Assembly (NCBI RefSeq): GCF_001194135.2
Contig: NC_068988.1
Location: 38,738,649 to 38,802,648, forward strand
Origin: Octopus bimaculoides
Lineage: Eukaryota
Reading direction: 5' to 3'
DNA: 64,000 nucleotides
The notes beneath the pieces were generated by a model. The model saw only the letters and a program-made list of their open reading frames with translations, ran no database searches and was not told the DNA's origin. The position numbers and the translations under genes were made by a program. Position 1 is the stretch's first letter. Each line of letters starts with the position of its first letter. Shown here one piece after another: positions 36,415-49,039 of the stretch.

Positions 36415-36725
36415 CAGTGGTTTCAAATTGCGGCACAGGGACAGCAGTTTTTGAAGGGAAAGAAGAAGTTGGTTACATCAACTGCAGCATTTGATTGGTA
36501 CCTATTTTATTGATCCTGAAAGAATGAAAGGCAAAGTTTGCCTTGGTAGAATTTCAACTTTACATTCTGAGTTCAAATTCCATTGAAGTCAACTTTGCCG
36601 TTCATCCTTTCAGGGGAGATAAATTCAAGTACCCCAGTAGAGTACTGGAGCTGATGTAATCGACTGGCACTCCCTCCCTTAAAATTTTAGGACTTGTGCC
36701 TATAGTAGAAAGGATTATTATTATT
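36415..36725. mobile_element. Head-to-head pair of headless family B SINEs (hairpin)
   Basis: Minus copy 36415-36559 and plus copy 36560-36725 meet at the B-box. Confidence 0.8.
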
Positions 36726-36732
36726 ACTTGTC

Positions 36733-36769
<37 letters not shown>

Positions 36770-36852
36770 GGTTATCAAATACCATTTTTCATTGCTTATA
36801 ACATACGTTTCCTCTTGAGAAAAAGTCCTGAAAAAATCACTACAACTCTTAA

Positions 36853-37150
36853 ACCGTTTAGCATTTAAACTGGCCATATCAGGCCAAAATATTCTACCTA
36901 TATTTTGTTCAAACCAGTCAGATCTGACCTCTCACACCTACTTTACAATGTCATTGTAAAAGTAAGCAATCGCATCATCACAATCTTGAAGCTATGAGTA
37001 GCTGTGTAATAAGCAGCTTGCTTACCAACCACATGGTTCTGAGTTCAGTCCCACTGCGTGGCACCTTGGGAAAGTGTCTCCTGTTATAGCCCCAGGCCAA
37101 TGAAAGCCTTGTGAGTGGATTTGGGAGATGGAAACTGAAAGTAGCTTGTC

Positions 37151-37188
<38 letters not shown>

Positions 37189-37449
37189 GTATATGTTTGT
37201 GTGTCTGTGTTTGTACCCCCTACATCGCTTGACAACCGATGCTGGTATGCTTTTGTTCCCGTAACTTAGCAGTTCAACGAAAGAGACTGAGAGAATAAGG
37301 GCTAGGCTTACAAAGATTAAGTCCTGAGGTCGATTTGTTCACCTAAAGGCAGTGCTCCTGCATGGCCGCAGTCAAATGACTGAAACAAATAAAAGAGTAA
37401 AAGAGTAAATAAGTATTACATTTGACAGAGTAATCTGAATGCTAAAGGG
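36853..37449. mobile_element. piggyBac-type MITE P1 with nested family A SINE (about 36995-37390)
   Basis: ttaa|ccgtttagcatt ... aatgctaaaggg|ttaa; interior replaced by a full family A copy. Confidence 0.85.
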
Positions 37450-38073
37450 TTAATCACTAAAAGATCTCAACTTTAAACATAGTTTGACAGCTAGGTCCAG
37501 TCCTTCCTGGAGCCCCCAGTCTAGGAAGGTAAGCCTAATTTATATGTGCTTGAGGTAATCTTTGGTGGATTTTACCAATTTGTAAAGACTCAGGTAATCC
37601 TTTCTACAGAGCTGTTGAAAGTTTAGAAAAGTTTCTAAAAACAAGTGTTTCACAAACACATGGGGGGCTTCCAAATCTTCAGTTATTCAACTATTGACGA
37701 ATCCAACACATGCATAGATCGTCTGCTTGTAGCACATGTAGGATCAATGAATCACTGAACTTGCATGATGTGACTATTATTAGACTGAAACCCAAGGTCG
37801 CTCGTACACAGTATTGCTGACATGAGTATGTTGCACCAGCTGGCTGGAGGGCTGCTCTCAAAGTTTAGTTTACTTTTGTGTGTGTGTGTGCTTTTGTATG
37901 TGTATGTGCATGTATGTGCATGTGCATGTATGTGCATGTACATGTATGTGCATGTATGTGCATGTGCATGTATGTGATGCGTGTGTGTACGTATAAATAA
38001 ATATGTTTGTGTGTGTGTGAATATATGTAATTTGTATGTGTATGTGTGTGTGTGTGTGTGTGTGTGTATGCAT

Positions 38074-38104
<31 letters not shown>

Positions 38105-38256
38105 TACACATACACATACAAATTACTTACGTTAACAGTGTTTAGCCTGAATACTATATTTGTACTATTGAATATATTTATAGACATTTAACTGACATTG
38201 TATGTATAGACAGATGTAACTACCTTGTCTTTAAAGGCAGTATCATTATGGGATTG

Positions 38257-38597
38257 TGAAGGCACATAGTGTAGTGGTTAGAGTGTTGGGCTCTCAATCA
38301 TAAAGTAGTGAGTTCGATTCCCAAACCGGGCTGTGTGTTGTGTTCTTGAGCAAGACACTTTATTTCACTTTACTCCAGTTCACTCAGCTGTAGAAATGAG
38401 TTGTGATGTCACTGGTGCTAAGCTGTATTGGCCTTTGCCTTTCCCTTGGATAACATCAGTGGTGTGGAGAGGGGAGGTTGATATGCATGGGCTACTGCTG
38501 GTCTTCCATAAAACAACCTTGCCTGGACTTGTGCCTCAGAGGGGAACTTTCTAGGCACAATCCCATTGTCATTCATGACTGAAGGGGGTCTTTACAT
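38257..38597 (+). mobile_element. SINE family C (tail type 1)
   Basis: 12-bp TSD attatgggattg (38245-38256 and 38598-38609). Confidence 0.9.
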
Positions 38598-38765
38598 ATT
38601 ATGGGATTGAAACTAATTTAGCCGATCCTTTGTATAATCCAGTTATTATATACACTGACAAATGTGTCAAATTATATGATACAAGGACAAGTCTTGATTG
38701 ATACTCATATTAAATTATTTGATAATACCTCATCTGAGGCCTCAAATTATGGTGTTCATATTTAA

Positions 38766-38977
38766 CCCTTTAGCATAGCCCAAATATCCTACCTGTTTTA
38801 TGTTCAAAACGGCCAGATCTGACCTCTCATAACTCCTTACAATGCAATTTTAAAAACAAAACAAGACGACTATGTTATTGATATCTCAAAGCTACAAGAT
38901 AATGAATGCATGATTAATTCAAAACAATGTGAATGAACAAGCATTACATTTGACAGGATAATCTGAATGCTAAAGGG
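38766..38977. mobile_element. piggyBac-type MITE P1
   Basis: Perfect TTAA on both sides; TIR ccctttagcat / atgctaaaggg. Confidence 0.88.
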
Positions 38978-39116
38978 TTAAATTGAAATCTCTTACCATA
39001 CTTATAAGTCCTGGGGTTGATTTGCTCGAACCCTTCAAGGTGGTGCTCCAGCATGGCCACAGTGAAATGACTGAAACAATTAAAAGAATAAAAGAACATA
39101 TATAAACACACATATG

Positions 39117-39168
<52 letters not shown>

Positions 39169-39329
39169 ATATATAATCCAAGAAAGTTAGGGGTTGTGAA
39201 TCCAACCCACTAAGGGATAATATCTATCTAATATACTGCCGGAAGGATACCCAATTATTACTACACTAGTGTTTTTACCAAGTGCAATAAATGGGTGCGG
39301 GTAAAAGGAAATTTTACCCTTAATTTATT

Positions 39330-39507
39330 NNNNNNNNNNNNNNNNNNNNNNNNNNNNNNNNNNNNNNNNNNNNNNNNNNNNNNNNNNNNNNNNNNNNNNN
39401 NNNNNNNNNNNNNNNNNNNNNNNNNNNNNNNNNNNNNNNNNNNNNNNNNNNNNNNNNNNNNNNNNNNNNNNNNNNNNNNNNNNNNNNNNNNNNNNNNNNN
39501 NNNNNNN
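39330..39507. other. Assembly gap
   Basis: N run followed by (TA)n. Confidence 1.
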
Positions 39508-39554
<47 letters not shown>

Positions 39555-39800
39555 AATCATCAGTAGCAGCAGCATTAGCATCCACTTTTCCATGCTTGCA
39601 TGGGTCAGATGAAATTCATTGAGGCAGATTTCCTTTGCCTGGGTGACTTTCCTGTCACCAACCCTCACTTGATTCTGAGTGAGATAATATTTCACAGAGG
39701 ACTGGAAATGAAGAACATTGCATGCATGACAATGATCTTCATTCACATCTTCATGACATCCAGTTCAGAAACCAAAACTCTGTTGCTCATCATTTTCACT
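39555..39800 (-). mobile_element. Retroposon variant D2
   Basis: Homologous to 4878-5145. Confidence 0.65.
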
Positions 39801-40303
39801 CTGCAGACCACACAACACAACACAACATCTCACAGAGTTAGGCTTGGTATGGGAAATATGAGATCCCTTATTTTGAAAACAGATAAATGTTAAAGATATG
39901 AAGAGGGCATCCAACTATAAAACAATGCCTCAAATTGGATATAAAGATATGAAGAAACAATACTCACACATGTGTGACTGTGTTTGTAATTATGTTAACA
40001 CTGGTCTTGGTACAGGTGTGTTTATATTGTGCCCCTTTTACGTACGTTAATTAACCACCCAGCACATAGAGATCAATAACCGATACCAGACAGAAATACT
40101 TCCTGGGTTTTATAAGGTCAACTAAAACACTTTGAAATGGTGCAGCATCTTGGCTGCAGTCCAATGGCCAGCGAAAGAATAATTGTATTATATTGGAAAT
40201 ATATGGTCAAGGAAGGGTAAAATGAAATATCTGGACATCCTATTATGCACCATCTTATCATTTTACCATTCTTTTATGTTTCTTTAATAATAGCTCTTCA
40301 TCT

Positions 40304-40343
<40 letters not shown>

Positions 40344-40737
40344 GCTTCAGATGCTGTGTGACATCAATATCTGGCTGACCAATACAATCAAAGGTCATGA
40401 GTCATGCTGCTATTTGCAAATCTTCGGTTACTGCCTCATCTGGTTTGTGTACTTTGTCTGGTAAGCGCCGAGTTCAATTTCTATATGAGGGATTGATTTT
40501 GTTATCTTCTGTTTAATGTCTTAGACTTTTATTGTGTTGTTTTGCAAGAACATCCTTGCTTAGTTTTGCAAAATGTGTGTTTGTGTCTAGATATATATGT
40601 GGGTGTCTGTGTGTGTGTGTATTTATATATGTGTGAATATTTATATATACACCACACACACATATATATATGTATATATTTGTGGATGTGAGTATATATG
40701 TGCGCACACACACATACACATATACACATATATATAC

Positions 40738-40772
<35 letters not shown>

Positions 40773-41382
40773 ACAGATTAGAAAAGGGTGGCTTATTAGC
40801 AATTAGAACCTTACGGCAAAATCAATAGAGGTCACAAAAGTGTCAGAGGGTACTGATTAGCACTGCTTTTGCTAAAAATAAGAGTTAAAACAACTCAAAA
40901 GGCCACAAAAGTACTGTCTTAATGACTGACAAAGGGAGGTAAGTCCCTAGAGAATATAGTCGGATCACGATTTCAGATTTTGATGTAGATCATTTTAATC
41001 CTCATCAGTGACTCTTAGCACCAACTGTTGAAAGCATGTGCTGGCTTTTTGAGTTATTTTAACTCTTATTACATACATGCATGCATGCATACATACATAC
41101 ATACTTATATACATACGTACATACATACATACATGCATGCATGCATACTTACATACATACACACACACACTCGCATACACACATACGTACATACATAGCA
41201 TTCATGTTAATTGAGAGATAAATGTCAGTTTTAGTTATTAATACTGTTTCTGTTGCTATTAATTATTATTTTTAAGAAGCTCACAAGCAACACTGATGCC
41301 TGAATAGACACTGAGATTCTATGTACATTTGTGAGGGAGGAATCAGCTGCTATGTCTAGCTGCAGGCATCTGTCATTGACAA

Positions 41383-41869
41383 AAAAGTTCCTTCTCAAGT
41401 CGTGCCGACTCATAAGGGCAGGTTTCCTTGGAGTATATATTCCCCACTTGAGCAGGACACCGGTCACCAGATTACTCATTTTTGCCAGCTGAGTTCACTT
41501 GAACTATGTGAAATAAAGTGTTTTGCTCAAGAACGCAACCTGTCACCCAGTCCAGGAATCAAAACCACAATCTTACAATCATGAGTCCAATACCCTAACC
41601 ACAAAACCATGTGCCTCCACAAAGTTTCTTTCTTGAGTCATACCGACTCATAAGGGCTGGTTTCCCAGTTTCCATGTCGTATAAATTCCCCACCTAGACA
41701 GGACGCCAGTCCATCGCAGGATTACTCATTTTTGCCAGCTGAGTAGACTGGAGCAATGTGAAATGAAGTGCTTTGCTCAAGAACACAACACATCACCCGA
41801 TCCAGGAATTGAAATCACAATCTTATGATCATGAGTCCAACATCCAAACCACAAAACCACATAGCCTCC
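41383..41869 (-). mobile_element. Tandem dimer of family C SINEs (tail type 3)
   Basis: Copies at about 41383-41620 and 41621-41869; single outer 14-bp TSD tctgtcattgacaa (41369-41382 and 41870-41883). Confidence 0.88.
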
Positions 41870-42069
41870 TCTGTCATTGACAAGGCCAAGGAAGGCTGAA
41901 ATCATGTGATTTGGCAATTCCGGCAGCTATATTGGATGGTTATTGCCTGCCAGTGGAATAAACAAGAGTGCCTTTATGCACCTTCAGTCCATATGAGCAG
42001 TTCTCTCATGGTAAATAACACAGTACTCTGTGTTCTAACTCAACATCCACTCTTAAGAGGGGATAAATA

Positions 42070-42450
42070 TTACCTTAGACCCAACAAGATGTGGGACAAA
42101 ATGGTGAGAGAGAATCTTCAGATGTTGGGCCTCACAGAGGAGATGACAAGGAACCGAGACTTCTGGTAGTTTATTGTGCTTGAGAAGACATGTCAAGCTA
42201 AGTGAAATCGTGGCTGTCCTTGCATGCAGACATGTCCCCTACATCTCTCTTCAGCTGAGTGATCCTAACCCTGTGAGCTCATAAGTGCTGGTGCCATATA
42301 AAAAGCACCGGTGCCAGTGTCCCATAAAAGCAACCAGTACGCTCTATAAAGTGGCTGGTGATAGGAAGGGCATCTAGCTGTGGAAATCATGCAAAAAAAA
42401 CATGGAGCCCAAGCAGCTTTTCAGAATGGATGTTAAATGATGATGACCAA
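42070..42450 (+). mobile_element. RTE LINE 3' end (ORF end, UTR and tail)
   Basis: RPNKMWDKMVRENLQMLGLTEEMTRNRDFW*FIVLEKTCQAK*, then family D UTR. Confidence 0.85.
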
Positions 42451-43412
42451 GATGATGGTTGGGTGTGTGTGTGTGTGTCTATACACACAGATACGGCTGT
42501 GTGATTAAGAAGCTCACTTCCTGACCATTTGGTTTCAAGTTCAGTCTCACTGCTTTATATCTTGAGCTGGTGTCTTCTATCATAGCCTTGAGCCAATCAA
42601 AACCTTGTGAGCAGATTTCATTGTGTGTGTATATGTATGTGCACATGCATACGTTTATGTGTGTGTATATCTGTGTGATTGCATTTTTACTTCTCCCAAA
42701 CTTGCTCAGCTATGGGCAGTGACATTCTTGTCATTTTCCCCGTCAATGGGTCATCTGCTTACTTTGCACTTTCAAAGATCATTAACCTTTATATACAATG
42801 TATTTGTAGTGGTGGTCATCCCAAAAGAAAAACCACCCAGCAATCTCCATGATACTAAGTAAGAGGGCATTTGTTTAACTACCAAGAGGAAGTATTGTAA
42901 GGGCTATTGGTTTATGTCATCAAGGACAAAGAGCTATTATATTCAATTATGACTGGACTTTCATTTTATGTGAAGTTGGTCAACAGAGTTGCTTAGCAAA
43001 ACAGCTATTAGTGCCAATGTTCCTTTGTATCAAAAATACAATATAAACATGTTTAAGTAGATATATGTATAAATATATATATATGTGTGTAAACAAATGC
43101 ACACACACAAATACACACAAACAACAATGCATGTCTAAAAGTGCAGTAATGTTTGATGTTGTTTAAAAGGTTTTTTACTAAACTGAAAAGCTTGATGATA
43201 TTCAAAGTGGATAAAAGATTTATTTGTTTATTTATTTATTTTGGATTGGATTGGCTTAACAGGATGTGTCCAGTTGTTCTCATAGACTGTTTGAGACCAA
43301 TGACCTATGTGATCAGTGACAGCAATGCAAATGTTCTTCATGGATAATTGCAATTTGACCAGAGCAAGAAAAAACATTGGTAGGGAGGAAATCCCAGAGG
43401 GATAACATACTA

Positions 43413-43779
43413 CAGGGTGCTAAAAATTTCCTGGCTTTCATCCTTTAGTATTTAAACTGGCCATATCCAGCCAAAATATTCTATTTGTTTTATGTTCAAA
43501 CTGGTCAAATACACTCTCTCACACCTACTCTACAATATCATACTAAAAGTAAACAAACTCATAATTGAAATCTCAAAGTTACAAGATAATGCATGATTAA
43601 TTAAAAGCAAAGTGAATAAATAAGCACCTTCCAAGTTCTTTATGGGGTTTAGGAAAACTGAAGGATAGCTGCAATAAGTGTGTGAATCTGAGAGGGGAAT
43701 ATGTCGAAAAGATTCATGATTAACTAATCCTCCTGTATTTTCTTTTACCTAAAGCCAGTAACTTTTCAGCACCTCCTTG
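43413..43779. mobile_element. Mariner-derived MITE with nested piggyBac MITE P1 (about 43441-43625)
   Basis: ta|cagggtgctaaaaatttcctggctt ... aagccagtaacttttcagcacctccttg|ta; insertion at the internal TTAA-like site. Confidence 0.75.
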
Positions 43780-43791
43780 TATATATGTATT

Positions 43792-44009
43792 CAAGTGGGT
43801 GCTGAAAAGTTCCTGGAATTAAGGGTGTCATGAAAAGCCTGGTTGGAGGCCTAACCTTCCAAGTTCTTTTACAGGGCCTAGAAAAACTGAAGGACTACTG
43901 CAAAAAGTGTGTGAATCTGAGAGGGGAATATGTTGAATAAAATCATAACTAATCTGATCTTCTTGTATTTTCTTTTACTCAAAGCCAGAAACTTTTCAGC
44001 ACCTCCCCA
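43792..44009. mobile_element. Mariner-derived MITE, second adjacent copy
   Basis: gggtgctgaaaagttcctgg / ccagaaacttttcagcacc TIRs; internal gtgtgtgaatctgagaggggaatatgttgaataa resembles a mariner transposase 3' end. Confidence 0.8.
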
Positions 44010-45074
44010 TATTTTGATAGTGCAGAGTATTGGGGAGGTGCAATATAGGCAACAAGCAGGGAGATGAGTGCATCAGGAGTGTCTGAGTGGAGGTCATATC
44101 AAAGCAAGCACCTATGATGAGAGAAGGCCATTGTAGAACAGGAAGAAGGAAGGGAAGTAGTAGCAGTAGCACATTTGCGAACCAGATGTTGGAGTATATT
44201 GGAGAGTAACTTCATACCTGTCATTTAATCTTGTAGTACCTATTGTAAATAACACTTATTGATAATTTTTAGTGTCACAGATTCTAGTCTTATGGGGAAA
44301 AACTCCATCAAAATCGAAAGTTTGGACAAGTAAAAATCCTTTATACTTGAACTTCGTTACATATAAGCAATTATATCTCCTGGTTGTGGCAAGTTTTTGA
44401 ATGATGCCTTTTGATCTGTTTAATAATTTTTTTCCCTTGTATATTGGTAAATTTAGGTGATATAGGATTAAACTATTGATTAACTTGTTGTATTTTACTC
44501 AGCCCTATTGGGAACACACACACACACACTATGTATGACTGGCTTTCACACAGTTCTTGTCTACCAAATTAACTCACAAAGGCATTGGTTGACCCTGGAC
44601 TGTGATAGATTCATAGTAGAAGACAATCAACATTGCCATGCAGTAGGATTGAAACCACAACCATGAAGTTTTCAAGCAAACTTCTTAACCACACAACTAT
44701 ACCTCTATACTAAGGTTTCTCAGTTTCTAAAAAACGTTCTTTGATAAAAGCTCTGATTAAGTTGGATTGTTGTTCTCGTTATTTAACCCCATGTCAACCC
44801 TGATTGAGCAGACCTATGATTAAAGGCATTTTAACCCTGAACTGACCATCCTGTCTTTTTCTTTATCTTGTGCCACATCGTATAATGTGTCCTTCCTTTC
44901 ACAAGAGTATGATTTGAAGATTTTGTTGTTATTAACATGTTGAGAGACCATATCTGAGACTTCTTTGTTGAGTTGTGTTGTTTTAGTCGAGACCAATGAC
45001 AGAACAGATCTTTCGTTAGTTGACATAGAAGATTATAAAGTGTTGTTGTTGTTGCTGAATAACTTTTATCATGG

Positions 45075-45285
45075 GTATTTGTGCCAGTGCCACATTAAAA
45101 GCACCCAGCACACTGTTAAGTGGTTGGCATTAGGAAGGGCGTGCAGCTGTAGAAATCAAGCTTAATCAGACTGGAAACTGGTGCATCACTCCCACTGGCC
45201 AGCTCTGATCAAACCATCTAACCCAGGACAGCATGGAAAATAGACGTTAAAGGATGATGATGATGACGATGATAATGATGATGAT
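45075..45285 (+). mobile_element. RTE tail (family D)
   Basis: aaaagcacccagc ... ggcattaggaagggc ... (gat)n. Confidence 0.8.
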
Positions 45286-46249
45286 TCCTGCTATTACAAC
45301 CTCATTTGTTTTTTTTAGACATAATGTACACCTAAGAACAAAATCCAGTGTGTCCTTTTCAAACAGGGTAAGGTGTAGTTTGAGAAAGATCAAGCTGCTA
45401 TTTCTAGCAGGTTGATTCAGCATGCTGTGGTTCTCTCCTTGGCTCTCAAAAATAAAGCAGGGAGCAGACTGTTCTGGTGTTGATAGTAGTATAACTGTTA
45501 AGTTGTGAAAAGATGGTTAGGTGTTTCAGAAAAATCTGGCTGGTATTTCTAGCAAGTTTATTCAGCTTATGCTGGTTCTTTTCTTAGCTAAAAAAAAAAA
45601 GAAAAGTGTTTGGAGTGGCAGTAATAGTTATATGGTTGTTAAGTTGTGATAAGATAAATGAGCAGCTGCTAACATAAGCCTTATGTAATTAATTATATGT
45701 CAAGTTACCTTCGGAACCACTACTCTACATCAACAACTACACCAACAACAGTAACTACAACAGCGACAAGCAACTACAACAGGAAGAATAATTCATAAAT
45801 GTGTATTTAATATTTAAACTCTGACTGTTTCTTGATTGCCAGTAATTCAAGATGAAAAGATGAAGATTAAACCACATATGAAGATCACTGAATAATCCCC
45901 ATTTCCCAGTGTCTAGTTGAAACAACAATAACAATGAATTAATGATGGAGCCTGTATGTTGTTTGTTGATTGCTTGACTTGCAGCAAATAGTAGCTAGAT
46001 ATCCCTCAAAAAATTGCCCAATACCATCTTGTAAAAATGGAAAGAAAAAAAAATACTAGATAAAGTAATCATAGAGTCCTAGATATGTTTTGTCTGAGAA
46101 TAATTTGGGATAGCCTTGAAATGAATTTCACTGACCTGGAGCTAAACAGAAAGAGAATTTAGTCCTTTTGCTACCCAATCACTGACTCAAGACCACTTCT
46201 GGTTCTGTTGTTGAAAATAGTCAGTTAAAATGTTCATTTTTAAATTTAA

Positions 46250-46462
46250 CCCATTAGCATTTAAACCAGCCATATCTGACCAAATCTACATTTTTTATCA
46301 TCAAACCAGCTAGACTAGCCTCTCACACTTCCCCTACAATGTTATTCTAAAAATAAACAACTACATCATTGAAATCTTAAAGCCACAAGATATGCATGAT
46401 TAATTCAAACAATGAGAATAGATAAGCTTTACATTTCACAAAGAAATCTAAATGCTAAAAGG
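46250..46462. mobile_element. piggyBac-type MITE P1
   Basis: TTAA at 46246-46249 and 46463-46466; cccattagcatt / aatgctaaaagg. Confidence 0.85.
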
Positions 46463-46501
46463 TTAAGCCCTTTGTTGTGATTTTACGTAAGGTCCTTTTA
46501 A

Positions 46502-46953
46502 CCCTTTTATTACCAAATTTTTATTAATGTATACTGCCTTTGTTTCAATTTTATTTTGAAAGTAATGAAGAATTTGGTAAAACACCTTGTCATTATTAAG
46601 CTGGTGTTTAAGGCAGTGAGCTGACAGAATTGTTAGCAGGCCAGACAAAATGCTTAGCAGCATTTTTTCCATCTTTACATTCTGAGTTTAAATTCTGTTG
46701 AGGTTGACTTTGCTTTTGTCCTTTTGGGGTCGATAAAATAAGTAGCAGTCAAATACTGGGGTCAATATGATTGACTCTCCCCCTCCCCACTAATTCCAGG
46801 CGTTATGCCTATAGTAGAAAGGATTATTAAGTTGGTGTTTGGGCCACAAATTAACACAAACTTTTGGTGGAAGATTTCGATCTAGATTATTTAAAACAAG
46901 GAGTTTGTGTCATGGAACTAGGGGCAGTTTCAGGTAAACTGGCTTCAAAAGGA
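46502..46953. mobile_element. piggyBac-type MITE P2 with nested family B SINE (46610-46822)
   Basis: TTAA-flanked; the SINE has an 18-bp TSD attattaag[c/t]tggtgttt (46592-46609 and 46823-46840). Confidence 0.8.
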
Positions 46954-47113
46954 TTAAGCAATGTTTTAAATACCAGTTCAACCCCTTTAATACCAACTTG
47001 TCTGAGATTGGCCTTACTTAGATGTAAATGTTTAGATTAAAATCTCTCTTAAAATCTCATAAGAACATGAATGATAACATGAAATTTCAGCTGATCAACG
47101 TAACATAAAAATA

Positions 47114-48237
47114 TTGGGTCATCCCATAAATAATGCAGTATTTTTTCAATTGCATGAACTAAAAATCGGAGTGGGATTGGATAAACTACCTGCATCAACT
47201 TGCTATAAAAGCAGGTAGTAATTTTACCTGGTCCTTATTCTTAGTGCAAGTTTTGAAGGGTGCAGTTTGATTTTAACAGTTATTTTTTCAAAGCTATAAT
47301 GGAAGTGACAGAGGAGCATATTTGGCATATTTTAATTTATGAGTTTAATAAAGGCAATGGGAAGTGCAAGGAATATTAATGCAGTATATGGGGATCGGGC
47401 AATAAGTGTAAGCCCAGTGTCAATGGTGGTTCCAGAAATTTTGAGCCGGAATCTACAGCCTAGAAGACGAACCTCATCCTGGAAGATCTACAGATCTGCA
47501 AATCTTGGTGGAACAAAATCCCATTGTAACTGTTGAGGAACTAACAGAGAAACTTGGATTTGGTCATTCAACCATTCATTGATACCTGCATGCCATCGGA
47601 AAAGTCAGTAAATTAGGTTAATGGGTTCCTCACAAACTTTCTGAGTCTAATCGCACACAAAGAGTGAATATGTGCTCTTCTTTGTTGTCTCCTGTCACAA
47701 ATGAACCATTTTTCGACCGAATAGTGACTGGTGACAAGACATGGGTTCTCTATAAAAATGTCAAATGCCAAAGACAGTGGGTAGGGAAAGGAGAAACACT
47801 GGTACCCCAGGCTAAAAAAGGTCTTCACCCATGTAAGGTGCTGTTATCTGTTTGGTGGGATATGAAAGATTTAGTCCACTTTGAACTTTTAAACCCCAAC
47901 CAAATGATAACAAAGGAGATCTACTGTGAGCAGCTCCACCCACCATATTTGCTGGACATTGCCCCATCTGATTATCATCTATTCTATAGTTTTCAAAATC
48001 GTTTGGATGGAAAAAATATGAATTCTGTAGACGAGGTCAGAACAGTACTGAGGGAGTATTTTTCGCCACAGACAAGTGAATTTTGGAAGCGGGGCATTGC
48101 AAGTCTACCAGATAGATGGAAGAGCATTGCAGAAAATGAAGGAGAGTATATTTTAGATTAAAAAATAACTTTGTTTATCTTAATTTTGAAAAATAGAAGA
48201 AGTTTAGAAAAGCCACATTATTTATGGGATGACCCAA
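47114..48237 (+). mobile_element. Mariner (D,D34D-type) element, both TIRs, internally deleted transposase pseudogene (about 47299-48161)
   Basis: TA|ttgggtcatcccataaataatg TIRs at both ends. MEVTEEHIWHILIYEFNKG start, RIVTGDKTW, KVLLSVWWD, HPPYLLDIAPSDYHLF. The HDNA-containing segment between IYCEQL and HPPY is missing, and there are frameshifts. Confidence 0.95.
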
Positions 48238-48876
48238 TATGTAGCAATATATAACCTTACAGATATTTTATTAATCCCTGCCTTCAAAATATTGGTAATA
48301 CTGAAAATTAATTGCAACGCAGTCAGTATATTCATTAGAAGCATAGTCACAAAAGGGTTTATTGATTACTAAAATACCCACCAAAATATTGACAATATTG
48401 AAAATTAATTGAAACATAATCAGAATGCTCATTAGAAATATGGCCGCGAAAGGCTAATAATGACAAAGTTATTGATTTTACTAAATCCTTTCCAAATTCT
48501 TGATTGTTCTCATAATTAATTGGAACTCATAAGCAGTGTATTTCATTAGAAATATGGCTGCAAAAGAGTTAATTGATGAATTTATAGAACACAGGAAAAG
48601 ACTTGATGTATTTCCATTAAATGATCTGACTGACGGAGTACTGACATGAAGGTCATCACTTTTGGACTCTCTCAGTAGAATGGTCAGGTTAAACAGAGCC
48701 CAATAACAATTAGTGAAGCAACAATTAGTGAACTAACAGTTAATAAACTAGTAATTATTGTTGCTCTGCTAATTAGACTGTTTAGTTAATAAGTGTGCAC
48801 CTGTTGCAAGCATTTGAACCAGCTCACCTATTTGTGGATAACTTGATACCATTGCATTTTCTTCCTACCACAGACA

Positions 48877-48957
48877 GACCTGATGTCCCTAGAAATAGCA
48901 ACCTGATGTCCCTAGAAATAACAACCTGATGTCCCTAGAAATAGCAACCTGATGTCT
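48877..48957. repeat. 23-bp tandem repeat x3.5
   Basis: acctgatgtccctagaaata[g/a]ca repeated head-to-tail. Confidence 0.95.
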
Positions 48958-49039
48958 CTCAAATTGCATCTTAACCCTACTGTCTTAAAAATATAGGAAT
49001 ATATTGGATAATATTATCCAGAACAGAAAACCATAAAAA

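Noticed and set aside
44040-44200. CR1/L2 LINE 3' fragment (FLFYNGLLSS-like)
   Set aside because: Similarity too short to support from sequence alone.
47299-48161. Domesticated or active mariner transposase (SETMAR-like)
   Set aside because: Frameshifts and deletion of the segment carrying the second catalytic Asp.
48877-48957. CRISPR-like array
   Set aside because: 23-bp units are directly adjacent with no spacers; eukaryotic context with no cas genes.
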